Shown here: piece by piece, positions 37,701 through 49,700 of the stretch
Layout of the letters: the number at the start of each line of letters is the position of its first letter
How positions within the stretch are numbered: position 1 is the stretch's first letter
NCBI RefSeq assembly: GCF_003918875.1
Contig: NW_025766980.1
Coordinates: 1,922,001 to 1,986,000, forward strand
Length of the DNA stretch: 64,000 bases
Reading direction: 5' to 3'
Origin: Haliotis rubra
Lineage: Eukaryota
Notes under the pieces: generated by a model
What the model was told of the DNA's origin: nothing
Database searches by the model: none
Seen by the model: the letters and a program-made list of their open reading frames with translations, nothing else
Position numbers and translations under genes: made by a program

Positions 37701-40700
37701 AGTGGAAAAGTTTCTTGAGTGTGGTGTAGAAGAAGTGGGTGCGGGCCGAATGGTGTATTTCCCAGTCCCTGAAGATAGGTCAACATCCTGGCCGTCCTCT
37801 TCGGAAATACCCTCGGACTTGATCTCCCAATCTTCACCACCTTGAGCCATGTTGTCCTCGATCCGTTGATATAACGAGTGAAAGGTAAACACCAATGACC
37901 AGCAAAGAAAAGTATGAAGCGTTTACTGGTTTATACAACCACGAAAGTAGACCCAGCAGGGTAACTTCACGGTAGTAACATATAAACTATGCTGATACTA
38001 TTACGCTAGGTAAAGTATCTGCTGTGCAACAAACAGTAAACAAGGAATAGCAAACATGGAGGGAAGCATGAATGTATCTGTGATAGAATATGCTCTGATA
38101 TTGCAGAGTGTATGATACTGTGCGTGGTATACCAAGGTGTGAAGCAAGAGCTAAGCAAAGCGCAACTCTAAGAGTTACTACGGTAATAAATGCTAAGGGT
38201 GTGCAGAGAGTATAAAACTTGCACAAGTGTGCAAATGCAAACTTGAGCACCCAACAGAAACAAACTTACCCAAGGCAAAAAGCAAACAACACCATGAGAA
38301 AGAAACACAACGCCAGTTGATCTGAAGGAAACAAGGGGAGGCAATCGCCTATAGCATAGGGCGAGGGAAGCACTATAAGATAGGGGAAAATGGAAAAGAC
38401 CCTAAGTATATTATCCTAACAGTTTATAAGATTAACAAGCGCTGACGCAGACGCGGAGGCGGACGCGGAAATGTTAACGCGAGTGCATGGCTGTATAATT
38501 AGTGCAAATGAAAATAACTGACGCATACACACAAGCAAACATAAAATGTAAACAATCAACTATTGCACTAAGTCAACACACTAATATAATACTTAAGTAT
38601 GCATTGTCGTTTTTACAGACAATATAGGTAGCTTGATTATTTATAAATATAACTAATATATCTAACAAATTGAATTAATCTAACCAATTACACTAATCTA
38701 ACTAATTCAACTAGTCTAACTAATTAAACTAATCTAACTAATTACACCAATCTAACTAATTAAACTAATCTAACTAATATGATGAAGTCAAGTTATGTAA
38801 ATATTGCACAGTTATGTGAAATTCAATGCATTCATGCAATATTATGGCATGTAGACAAATGTCAATAGTATGAATGCAACTGATCCATGAAATCAATGCT
38901 ATGAATATAGCAAATTCATGGATATAAATGGAATGTCACATATAAAATGCACTTTAGCAGCTGAATGTCTCCCAATGTCTCACTGATGATCACTGATATC
39001 ACACGTTTATCACAGTCTTGTTTAGAGTGTCACATGTATATATGGATATCACAGATAAGGTGTAGAATATATAAGATGTAAAGTGTCTTATCACAGTCAA
39101 ATAGAAGTTGATATATACACACACGAAATCACTGAGCGCAAATCTCACGTATCTGACGATCCTTGAAGATGACGTCCAGGTGAGCTGTACCGTGAGGGTG
39201 TCGTGATGATATCGTGGGGTTGTTCTTGGTTCGTTGGCACTGGTTGACGGCGATGTTATGATGAACCCCGTCCCTGTTCGGGCGCCAATTGTCGCAGGTT
39301 CTGGTCTTGAGATGTCCCAAGGACAATAATTGATGAGACGGGGAACGTCGCTTAAGATATGCACCAGTTTATTGCCTGTGAAATATGAACATTACAACAT
39401 GAGAAAGATGTTGTATGCGTCCGACATGGTCGGATGGTGACATGAAAGTCGTATATATCTTATATGAATACATCGGCAATAAACAATACAATTATAGATA
39501 TAAGATTGGTATATAATAGTTATGCTATAATTGTATATTTTTCCTTATCCTGACTCATGCTCTTTTGCTTGTCCCCTTCCTCTTGCGAACATAGTGGAAC
39601 ACTTGTATCTCCTTAATTGAAGCTCCCTTCAATGTAAAATCACTAATTGGTACTCACCCACGAGTTACCTCCCCTGCCGTAAGCGCGGGAACAGGTGTCG
39701 CCACCCTCTGGCCTCATGCTTCACTCTCTCCTTCTTCGCCCAGTGAGCAGGATGTGAGAGCGCCTGTGTCTCCTTACACACTATATCCTTTGGTTTTCTT
39801 AGTTAGTTACCTTTTATAGTTTACTATAAAGGTATAGCTAGTATCCTTCAGTTATTTGCATTAATAATTAATCATTATTTCTACTGTTTATTCCATTGAG
39901 TTAAGTGATTGTTCAGCTAGTTTTACATTGATGAAAAACTGTACTATTTGTAGATTACGTTTTCCGCTCATGCGGATCATGTGGTATGCCCTAGTTGTAC
40001 TCGCCTTGTCGCGTTTGACTCACGTTGCAGTTACTGCATAAATTTAACCAATTCTGCCTTTGATAAATACCATCTTTGCGTCTTGAGGCGTGTTGCAGAT
40101 AGGTCACGCAAACTAGGTGTAGACATGGCCGATCGTCCGGATTGCCCATCCAGTCAACTGCTGTCGAGTGATCCCCTCCCGTCTGGTGTTCTGCTTGAGA
40201 CCCCATCGGTAGAGGGGCGTGGGATGCAGTCCGTCACCTCTAAGAAGCGACCGGCCTCTCCAGACATCCAGTCATCGCAGACAAAGTCCAGAGGGCCTCA
40301 GCGTCTTCTCAGCGCCAGACTTAGTGCCCCAGGGCAGCGTCTTCCTCCAAAGGGAAATCACGAAGTCATCGAGAACTTTCTCAGGCGAGATCGTTCCAGC
40401 AGCAGAATTGGGCCTCTCGATGACCAGCCTATCATCATACCCGACATATGCATACAAGAAGCGACCAGTGACAGCGACAGTGGCGTCAGCAGAGATCAAC
40501 AAGCAGCCTGATGCCTCTACACTGATGTCAGGCGAGATCGCTGAGGGCCCCACAGCTAACACAGCAGAAAGGGCACCATCTACTACGTCGCCAGATCATC
40601 CCAAGCGATCTTATGAAACAGATCATGATTATGATGGAAGGCCACTATAGACTGGAGAAGCAGCCATCCCAGGGTCGAGGAGCCGAAGGCTCCAACGTGA

Positions 40701-43700
40701 CAGCACCCCAGGGCACCATCTGTCAACGTAGCAGCCACGACAATGCAGCCTTCGAAGGAAGTCACAGACCACCTCGACGAAGGACCCAGATGTACAGCCT
40801 TCGCGAAGGCCTTACGTAAAGCGGGGAAGAATCATCACCTCCTTCCCGGTCATACTCAGATATGGAATCTGATCACCCAGACCACGCATGAAGCCTTGGC
40901 GAAGGTCATATCATCATTCCCAGGACCGGACATCTGAAGCTTCCGGCGAAGTTGTGAAGGACACCTGAACCCAGATCGTCTTCATCTAAAAAGATCAGCA
41001 AGGGACTACACAAGAGCTTCGGCGAAGCTATCAGTCCCCTCATAGGTCGCCAAGAAGGTCAACCTATCGATATAGATCACCAAGGCGATCACCTCGCCCG
41101 ATCACCACGTCGATCACCTCACAGGTCTGCACATAAGCCTACAACTAGATCTCCACAAGCGTCAAGCGATATAGAGATAGAGCCACACAGCCCTACATCA
41201 GAAGAGCAACAACCTCTTATCTATGATGATGGAATGGAAGATGATGGAGGAATTATTTTCTCAGATGCAGAGATAAGATATTGGATGGTCAATAATCTAG
41301 ATCTCTCATCACCTTCCAAGAGTGGCAATAAAGAAGCAGACTTATCTGATGAAAGAAGATGGCGCAGATGCTATTACACTACCCCAATCGACCCGATTAG
41401 GCGGTACCTCAGAACCTAGATACAGCATTTAACAAAGCCACAAAGGTTCAGGCATACATCTGCCAAATTTCAAGCGCCAAGAAGTTCTCCACGCATAATA
41501 TGGAACCCTTCTTCAAAAGCCAAGACATCGATGAGAACTATAAGCTGATCTCCGATGCCAAGAACAAGTACTACAAGATTGATGATGGAAATTGGTTCAG
41601 ATAGAAACCATGGCGAGGCGTATGTTCTTCGGTCTAAATAGATCTAGAACAATAAATGAGACACTTATCTCCAGATTTGAACCACGACCTCTGAAGATGA
41701 CAGAATGATTTACTTTCGGCCCTACTGATGCAAAAAGAAGGACCAGCAGTTTTTAACAGATCATCTGGCGTCTGTCTCAGCAGCACTGACCTTAGCTTCG
41801 TCGTCAAGGCCTCCTAGCTTCCTGCAACTGGGGTGAGAACTTTACAGCTCCACTATATACAGCCCGTGGTCTTCCCCATCCATATTTGTGGAGGAATAGA
41901 CACAGTCTCCAAAGAAGTCACCAAGGATTCTAGAGAGTCCTGATGATTAAATCGATGGACCACGCTAGCCAGTGTCATTCGACAGACTTCACAAAGATAC
42001 TCAGGGAGATCTAAATTCACGGGCCTACAAAGAGCTAGAGACAGGAAGATTGCCAGTTCCAGGGGAAGAGATTCTTTTAAAATTAAGCCCATATGGCAAC
42101 TATAGAGGAGGGTCAGGGCGAGGCAGGACACCCAGAGGTTCCCGCAACTATAAACGCTGAAAGACAGGTTCGAACGACTGGAGTCTTCCACCCCAGCCGT
42201 TCCAGTACAACCGTCACAAGTGGGTGGGCGTCTTCAACTACACTGGGAAAACTGGGGAATACTTCAAGACACCTATGTCTCCAACATTCTTCAGCGGTTT
42301 AGAGTATCCCACTACAGGCCAAGCCTCCACTAACAGTCAACCCTCACAAGTTCGAGGTAGAGGCACAACAACTACTAAAGTTAAGAGAGGCGGTTACATT
42401 ACTCCTAACCAAGCAGGCCATAGAAGTAATAGAGCAAGGAAACATCGAACCAGGTTTCTACTCCCCAGTTTTCCTAGTACCCAAGAAGAACTCCAAGGAG
42501 AAATACAGACTCATTTACAACATGAGCTTCTTCAACAAGACTTACTTAAAACACACCACCCAGGTTCACTATGATACATCTACCGCTAGCTTCTGGCAGA
42601 TGATTAGCCCCATGGACTACATGGGCAGTATAGATCTACAAGATGCTTATCTGCACATCCCAATACATCCTTCAATCAGGAAATACCTTCGGTTTTACGG
42701 CTAAGGCGGGTTACATTACCAGTGGAAAGTACTCCCATTGAATAGCATCAGCCCCATGGTTATTCACGAGGATAACGAAACCGATTGTTACCTATCTACA
42801 TCGTCAAGGGCTACGCGAGAGTGCGTTCTTCCTCGACGACGGGATACAAGTAGATCAAGATCCACAGCATCTCAAACTACAGTTAAACTACATCATAAAG
42901 CTACTAACACAGCTGGGATGGTTAGTAAACTTACACAAAGTCGGACCTAGTACCATCGCCAAGATCTGCAATTCCTAGGAATCCGATTTATCACCAATCT
43001 CAACCGTATAGTCGTACCAGAAGACCGTTGGCTCAAGATCCAACAGATCATTCCACCAGCTCTACTGTCACCGCTACCACTTCTTCACAATGGCAGAGCT
43101 TACTAGGTCTTCTAACATCAGCCCAAGACTTGACAGTCATAGGCAGATTACAGTTACGTCCGTTACAGGTCTTCGTCAATACACATCTCGGCGACCTACA
43201 ACCATTCAGTCTACCGATACATCTCAGACCTCATCTATTATGGTGGACAAAGAAATCCGAATGTCTCGAGAGGGATTTGTTTAGCAGAGCAGGAATTCAA
43301 GACCCATCTATATGTAGATCAGCGATGGCTCCAAGGTTGGGGAGCTCATCTCTCCAACCGACGACATCAGGGTTATGGACTCAGCTAGAAAGCAAACTCC
43401 ACATAAGCGCATTAGAGATGAAAGCTGTAATCAGCGCCATAAGACATTGGAGCAACATTCTACAGAATGCGCACCTGATGATACATACCGACAACTCGAC
43501 AGTGGCGTTTATGTGAACAGACAAGGCTCAACGAGATCGCCGAACCTTTTGAATTTAACCTTTCAACTGTTCGAATTAATCCAAGATCTAAATCTACATG
43601 TCAAAGCATGCCACATTCCCCGAGCCAGGAATATACTAGCAGGCGCACTCTCGGCCACATCTACCGTCACCCGACAGAATGGATGCTCAATACAGAGATA

Positions 43701-46700
43701 TTTGCACAGATAATCAAGCAAATAGGAGCTAGCCGCTAGTAGATCTATTCGCCACAAGGTTCAACAATCAACTACCGACATTAAATTGTCACCAGTGCCA
43801 GACCCACAAGCATGGGCAACAGGCGGCTCTAAGCATTTCATGGGAAGGCCTCAATGCGTCTGCTGTTTCCGCCCCCAGCAATAATACCTCTAGTATTACA
43901 GAAAATCAACCAAACGCAGAGCCTACAACTCACTTTGGTCGCTACCCTATTGGCCGGCCAGAACGTGGTTTCCGCCTTTAATACAAGATATCGGGTCAAC
44001 CCGGCACTAGAACTACCCAAGCGCCAAAACCTGTTAATACATCCTCACACCAAACAGGTGCAGAGAAACCCAGAAGTATTCAAACTTCATTATGGACTGT
44101 ATTAAAATGTGTTTAAATAAGAGAGGATATTCTACCAGGGCTATAAAAGCGCGGTCACGCTATGTTTACGATATTCTTAACGATACTCAGCAGCGTGGCA
44201 ATGCGATGACAAGTGGCAAAGTTTAGAAAATTATGCAACAAACAAGGGTTTTAGCGAGATGCTACGATCCTCAAGTGGCAGACTATTTGTGTTACTTACG
44301 GCAAAACAAACATTTAAAAGGCTCGACATTGTCTCATATCTTGCCGCGCTTAGTTCTGTGATTTCTATGAGAACGGGTGTTAAATTAACAAGAACACCAG
44401 AGTTACTGGCCTTACTACGTGCTTTCGATTGGAGGACCAAAGCGGAAATTCCACGCTGCAGCTTGGGATCTGAATGTAGTTTTACGACACCTCACAAAGT
44501 GAGGATTATGAACCATTGGAATCGAACAGCGTTTGAATTTCTCTCACAGAAAACAGTCTTCCTGTTATCGCTAGCCACGGCAGCCAGAATATCTGAAATT
44601 CATGCTCTAGATTATGAGAGGATACAGTTTGATGAAAATCAAAGACAGCGCACCTGGGATTAAGATGGGATTTCATCGCCAAAAATCAACTACCAGGTCA
44701 ACCAGACAGGTTATTTCACATCCCTGCGCTATCCTCAATTCTTGGATCTCAAGATACATTGGACTTATCTCTATGCCCAGTATGCACGAGCTCTCATAAT
44801 CTATTTGCGTCGTTTCCAAAACAAAGCGAAGATCGCCAGAAGATTGTTCATCCCGTTATAAGCCTACAAATCAGACAGAAGTCTCGTTACCACCATATCA
44901 ATATGGATAAGAACTGTCATTTCTGCAGCCTATAAGGCAGCAGGACTGGACCCTCCAACAGCATCAAATCCCCATGAAATCAGGGCATTGGCATCCACCC
45001 TCGCCCTTCATGGTAACTGTTCATTGAATACAATTATGGAAGGATGCTTTTGGAAATCTAACATGGTGTTTGCTAATCACTATCTCAGAGATATCACCAC
45101 CGAGGGCGTCTCTGGCATTCATCATTTCGGTCCTTTGGTCCTCGCTCAGCAATTGACAGTCCCTCGTAGATGGCGTTAATATTCACCCCCACGTAGATTA
45201 TTAGATATATGATACATATATTCACTAGCTTATAACTCCATGGAGTTCTAGGGCTATGTACATATTTAGCTTAGGTTATTCAACCTTAAGCTCATACTGA
45301 GTTATATTCAGTGTACAGCTACGTTAGAGTAGCAGTTTATATATATATATTGATATATCAGTATATTAGTAAGGTAATACCCACTTATAGTGTATATATC
45401 TATGGCTTATTATAAGGAAATATCCTAAGTCTCAATGCCTTATGAAGTTCCCGCGAGGGTTATTACAATATCACTTACTTAAATCACTAATTAATCCAAA
45501 GTATTCTGTTTACCCACCACCTCTCCGATTGGATTCTACAAAACAAAAGAGCATGAGTCAGGATAAGGAAAAATATGTAATTTTTGAGTAAAATTGATAT
45601 TTTATACTTATCCTGACTCATGAGGTTAACTCCTCCCATCCTCCCCACATAACACTTTGGATTTCCCTGTAAATTCAAGTGTTGGGCTCGCAAAATCAGG
45701 AGAGAGTGAAGCATGAGGCCAGAGGGTGGCGACACCTGTTCCCGCGCTTACGGCAGGGGAGGTAACTCGTGGGTGAGTACCAATTAGTGATTTTACATTG
45801 AAGGGAGCTTCAATTAAGGAGATACAAGTGTTCCACTATGTTCGCAAGAGGAAGGGGACAAGCAAAAGAGCATGAGTCAGGATAAGTATAAAATATCAAT
45901 TTTACTCAAAAAATTACATAATTGATAAAATATATATGACGTCACGCATAAGCGTTTCGTCCGGGATATTTACAATTGATGTGACGTCACGCATTAGCGA
46001 TCAGCCAAAATTATATACAACTGATGATTTAGTATACTGTAGATATAAAATCATAATTATTGATCATTCACACACTGTCTTACATGCAATGCTAGTGCTT
46101 TAAGTTAGTAAGTGATCCACGCGAGAGAAAGTTTACAATAGCGGTCATGCGATTAATTACTAACTTAAGATATATGTTATTACTATGTTGATGACAATAA
46201 TATATATACTAGCAATGATATAGATGTAGAAAGAATATATGTAGAGAGGGTGCTTACCTGTGAAATATGAACATTACAACATGAGAAAGATGTTGTATGC
46301 GTCCGACATGGTCGGATGGTGACATGAAAGTGTCACACGTCACAGGCATGAAACGCACGAGATTTGGCGGGTTAGCCAAATACGGGTGGCACGTACAAAT
46401 CTCTACATATAGCCAGTGGAGAAGCAGCCCTCTGTTGAAATAAAAGGGAAATAGAAGGCTGTCAGCGACATATGGATAATGTAGCCTAGACCAGACAATC
46501 CAGTGACTGACATCACATACAGTTAGGAGGCAATAACATACAGCAACCAAGTCTATGAGATCGACCACCAATCCTGATAGTTGACTCTAAGGACAAGCAT
46601 GGTTTGCTGAAGAACAATTCTAGTCCAGATCTTCAGGGGGTTGCCAAGTAGTAAACTCTGATCTGCCAGAGGTCAGACTTGTGTGTCGACAGAAAGGGTA

Positions 46701-49700
46701 GCCATCACACTGGTGCAGTGAATCGCTGGTCACACATAAGGTCAGTCACTTACACTTACCAGATTTGTCATGTGGGTCAGTGGGTTTAGCTGCACTTTCA
46801 ATCACTAGCTCAGTTAAAGGATCCCGGGTGCTGCCACATAGAAGGGACACAACTGTGCAGATTGCAGATCTTCCTCCTTACAGCACAACAATAGGGATAG
46901 ACAGCCAAGGTTCAGTGCACTAACCACAGCAAACTTATGCTGTTTTAACTTCATTTGGATAGAATCTTGGACAACAGTTGGGGCTTCCACCAAAGTTTAG
47001 TGTCTTAAGATTGGAATTAGGACTGTATCATATTTTGCTGACCCCCTCATTTTATATAACATTCTTTTATTATGGGGCAAAATTAGATTGGGAAAACGTA
47101 AACAAACACAAGATTTAATTGTATCTCAATTTGACAGGGTTTGTCTTAGTTTTGTTGTGTTTATTTTGCAGTTTGACCCAGGTTCTTTGCACAGAAATCT
47201 CAATTCTCTCCACCAAGTTTACTCAGTGTCTACACAAAGTCAGTGTAAGTACCCATCAGTTGGTTCCTGGCCACCGGGGAAATGTGGTATTGTATGTCTT
47301 CATGTATTGAGAATGTAATGTGGATTCTTTCTACAATCTCATTTATATCTTGGTGAGGTTGTACAAAGGACCTTAGACTGTCATAAGTCAGTGTGTATGG
47401 GAGTTACGATCACCTTGGCGCTAAGATCGCTTTGATTTTATTAAGATTTATCAATATATTATTCTTGATTATCAAATTGATCTGAACATTTTATATTACA
47501 TTCATTAGGTTTGTGTGATGCAGGGACTTTTTTTTTTAATCAATTGTCTTAGATCTGATACTGTGATTTTAGATGCCAAGGCTAGAACATTTCCTCTTGT
47601 GAAACACACCCTGCTTCAGTTATACCACCTAACGTAACAGTGAGTAGGTTTGACTCCCTCAACAGTGTATCAGGTACAGTGAAGCCTCGTTAATCCGGAC
47701 GGTTGCGTTTCTCAGTAAATTCGTCCGGATTGCGAATATTCCGGACTACTGAATCAAGACCCAAGTTGCTTCCCTAAGAATTACAAAAACGACACGAATC
47801 TGGATAAAACAAATAAGCATTTAATGTAAAGCTTAATTCATCACATCAATAATTTTACCGAGTGACATCCGCATGTTGATCCGACGTGTCTGATCACGTC
47901 CTTCCTCAGCACAGATGAGGTAATGTCTAACAAGCGATCTATTGTAGTATGCCTTGAATGTCCGAATTATTCCTCTAATTAAAACAACAACCCACTTGGC
48001 CAGTTAATTAAGTAAACATCGCCGGGCGGTGTTGTTACGGTTCGTGAACACGACTTACAGCGTCCGGACTGTGAAGCAATTTACTGTTTATTTTACTGAT
48101 TGGTGACAGCTACTTACTGTCCGGTTCCGGAAACCGAATTTCCGGATTATCGAGGCAAATTATATAGGCATAGATTGGTAACAAGCTGAAATCGCCCGGG
48201 AGGCGAGACTTCCGGATTATCGGAGTCCGGACTAACGGGGCTTCACTGTATATGATTGCATGACATGTGGGAGTACTACCAGATATGGCTGAATGGTGGA
48301 CAGCCATGATGAATAGCAGTCTGAGATTCAAACCCTCATCCAATCAATCCCAGAAATATTTATCTATGACCACTGACCTACTATATAACCATGGTAACCA
48401 ACCTCCATCCACTTTTGATGCAGGGTTTCACAGTTCCATGTGCCTGCATCATACAATTGAATGGTTTCGGGTCGAGCAAATAAAGGATGAATTTCCTCAA
48501 ACTTAAACCATTCTATTTGTATCAACTGTGAGCTGCTGTAGGATGTGGATCCTCCTTGAGTCCAAGATTGAGGTGTTTGTATGTTGGCAACCGAGTATTT
48601 ATTACTTAATTTGTTTTCACCAGGAGGATCTGGAAGACGCTACTGTTGTGACACCCCTCGTCACCAACGTGTATCTGGAGGTGAGTGGCAGATGCTGTAA
48701 AACATGTCCTCATTCTCATCAAGTAGCATTAAGTAGACCCCAGATGCTAGTGACAAGGTGATGTGTCACATCAACAGTAGGTATAAGGAGTTGTTGAGAA
48801 TGACCTACACATGGAAACAGACACGTTGTAGCCTGTTGGCCTTGTGATGTCATTGGATCCTTTTTCTGATCATGTACTCGGGGCGGTAGCCTTGTGGTTA
48901 AAGCGTCCGCTCGTCACGCCAAAGACCCAGGTTTGGGTGTAATGTGTGAAGCCAATTTGTGGTGTCCCCCGCCATGATATTACTGTAATGTTGCTAAAAG
49001 TGACATAAAACCATACTCACTCACTCACTGATCATGTACTCAGTCTCCCTCCTCCCCACCTCTCTCTCCCTTCTGTTCCCTTGTCTCCCCATCCTTTTCC
49101 CTTCCTCTCCCTACCTTCCCTTTCCTCATCCCCCCTTCTCTCCCTCCCTTCTCTCCCTCCCCTCTTCTCTATTAGCCATATCATTCCCTGACACCCCACA
49201 CCTCCTCCCTCACAATCTTACCTCTCCCTACCTTCCCTTTCCTCTCCCCTTCTCTCCCTCCCCTCTTCTTTATTAGCCATATTATTCCCTGACACCCCAC
49301 ACCTCCTCCCTCACAATCTTACCTCTCCCTACCTTCCCTTTCCTCTCCCCCCTTCTCTTCCTCCCCTCTCCTCTATTAGCCATATTTTTCCCTGACACCC
49401 CACCACTCCTCCCTCACAATCTTACCTCTCCCTGCCCTCCTTTCCCTAACTCTCTTTTCTCCTAAATTTGTAACTTTCTCTTTAACTATACTTTCTCTCT
49501 AAACTCTTAAGCATAAGTGATTTGAATGGAACAAAGGCTCATTTCAGATTTAGTCAACTGAGATAACAGTACTGTCTGATCCGCCAGTGTCTCAACTTGA
49601 TGATTCGCAACAATCAGATGTGAAGGGCAAAGTCACATGTCCCTATGTATTATCTAAACTGGAAGTAATAAGATAAGAATCCACCTGACTGACTCTTGTT

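Larger units (their letters stand above)
39538..45920 (+). mobile_element. DIRS1-type tyrosine-recombinase retrotransposon, structurally complete
   Basis: 189-bp inverted terminal repeats (39544-39732 / 45698-45886), right extension, internal complementary region 45544-45622, gag-RT/RH-MT-YR order, no conventional TSD. Confidence 0.95.
23590..46470 (-). mobile_element. Tandem (three-LTR) Ty3/Gypsy LTR retrotransposon with a nested DIRS element
   Basis: TG...CA LTRs; 4-bp TSD TATG at 23586-23589 and 46471-46474; two internal gag-PR-RT-RH-INT copies. Confidence 0.95.
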
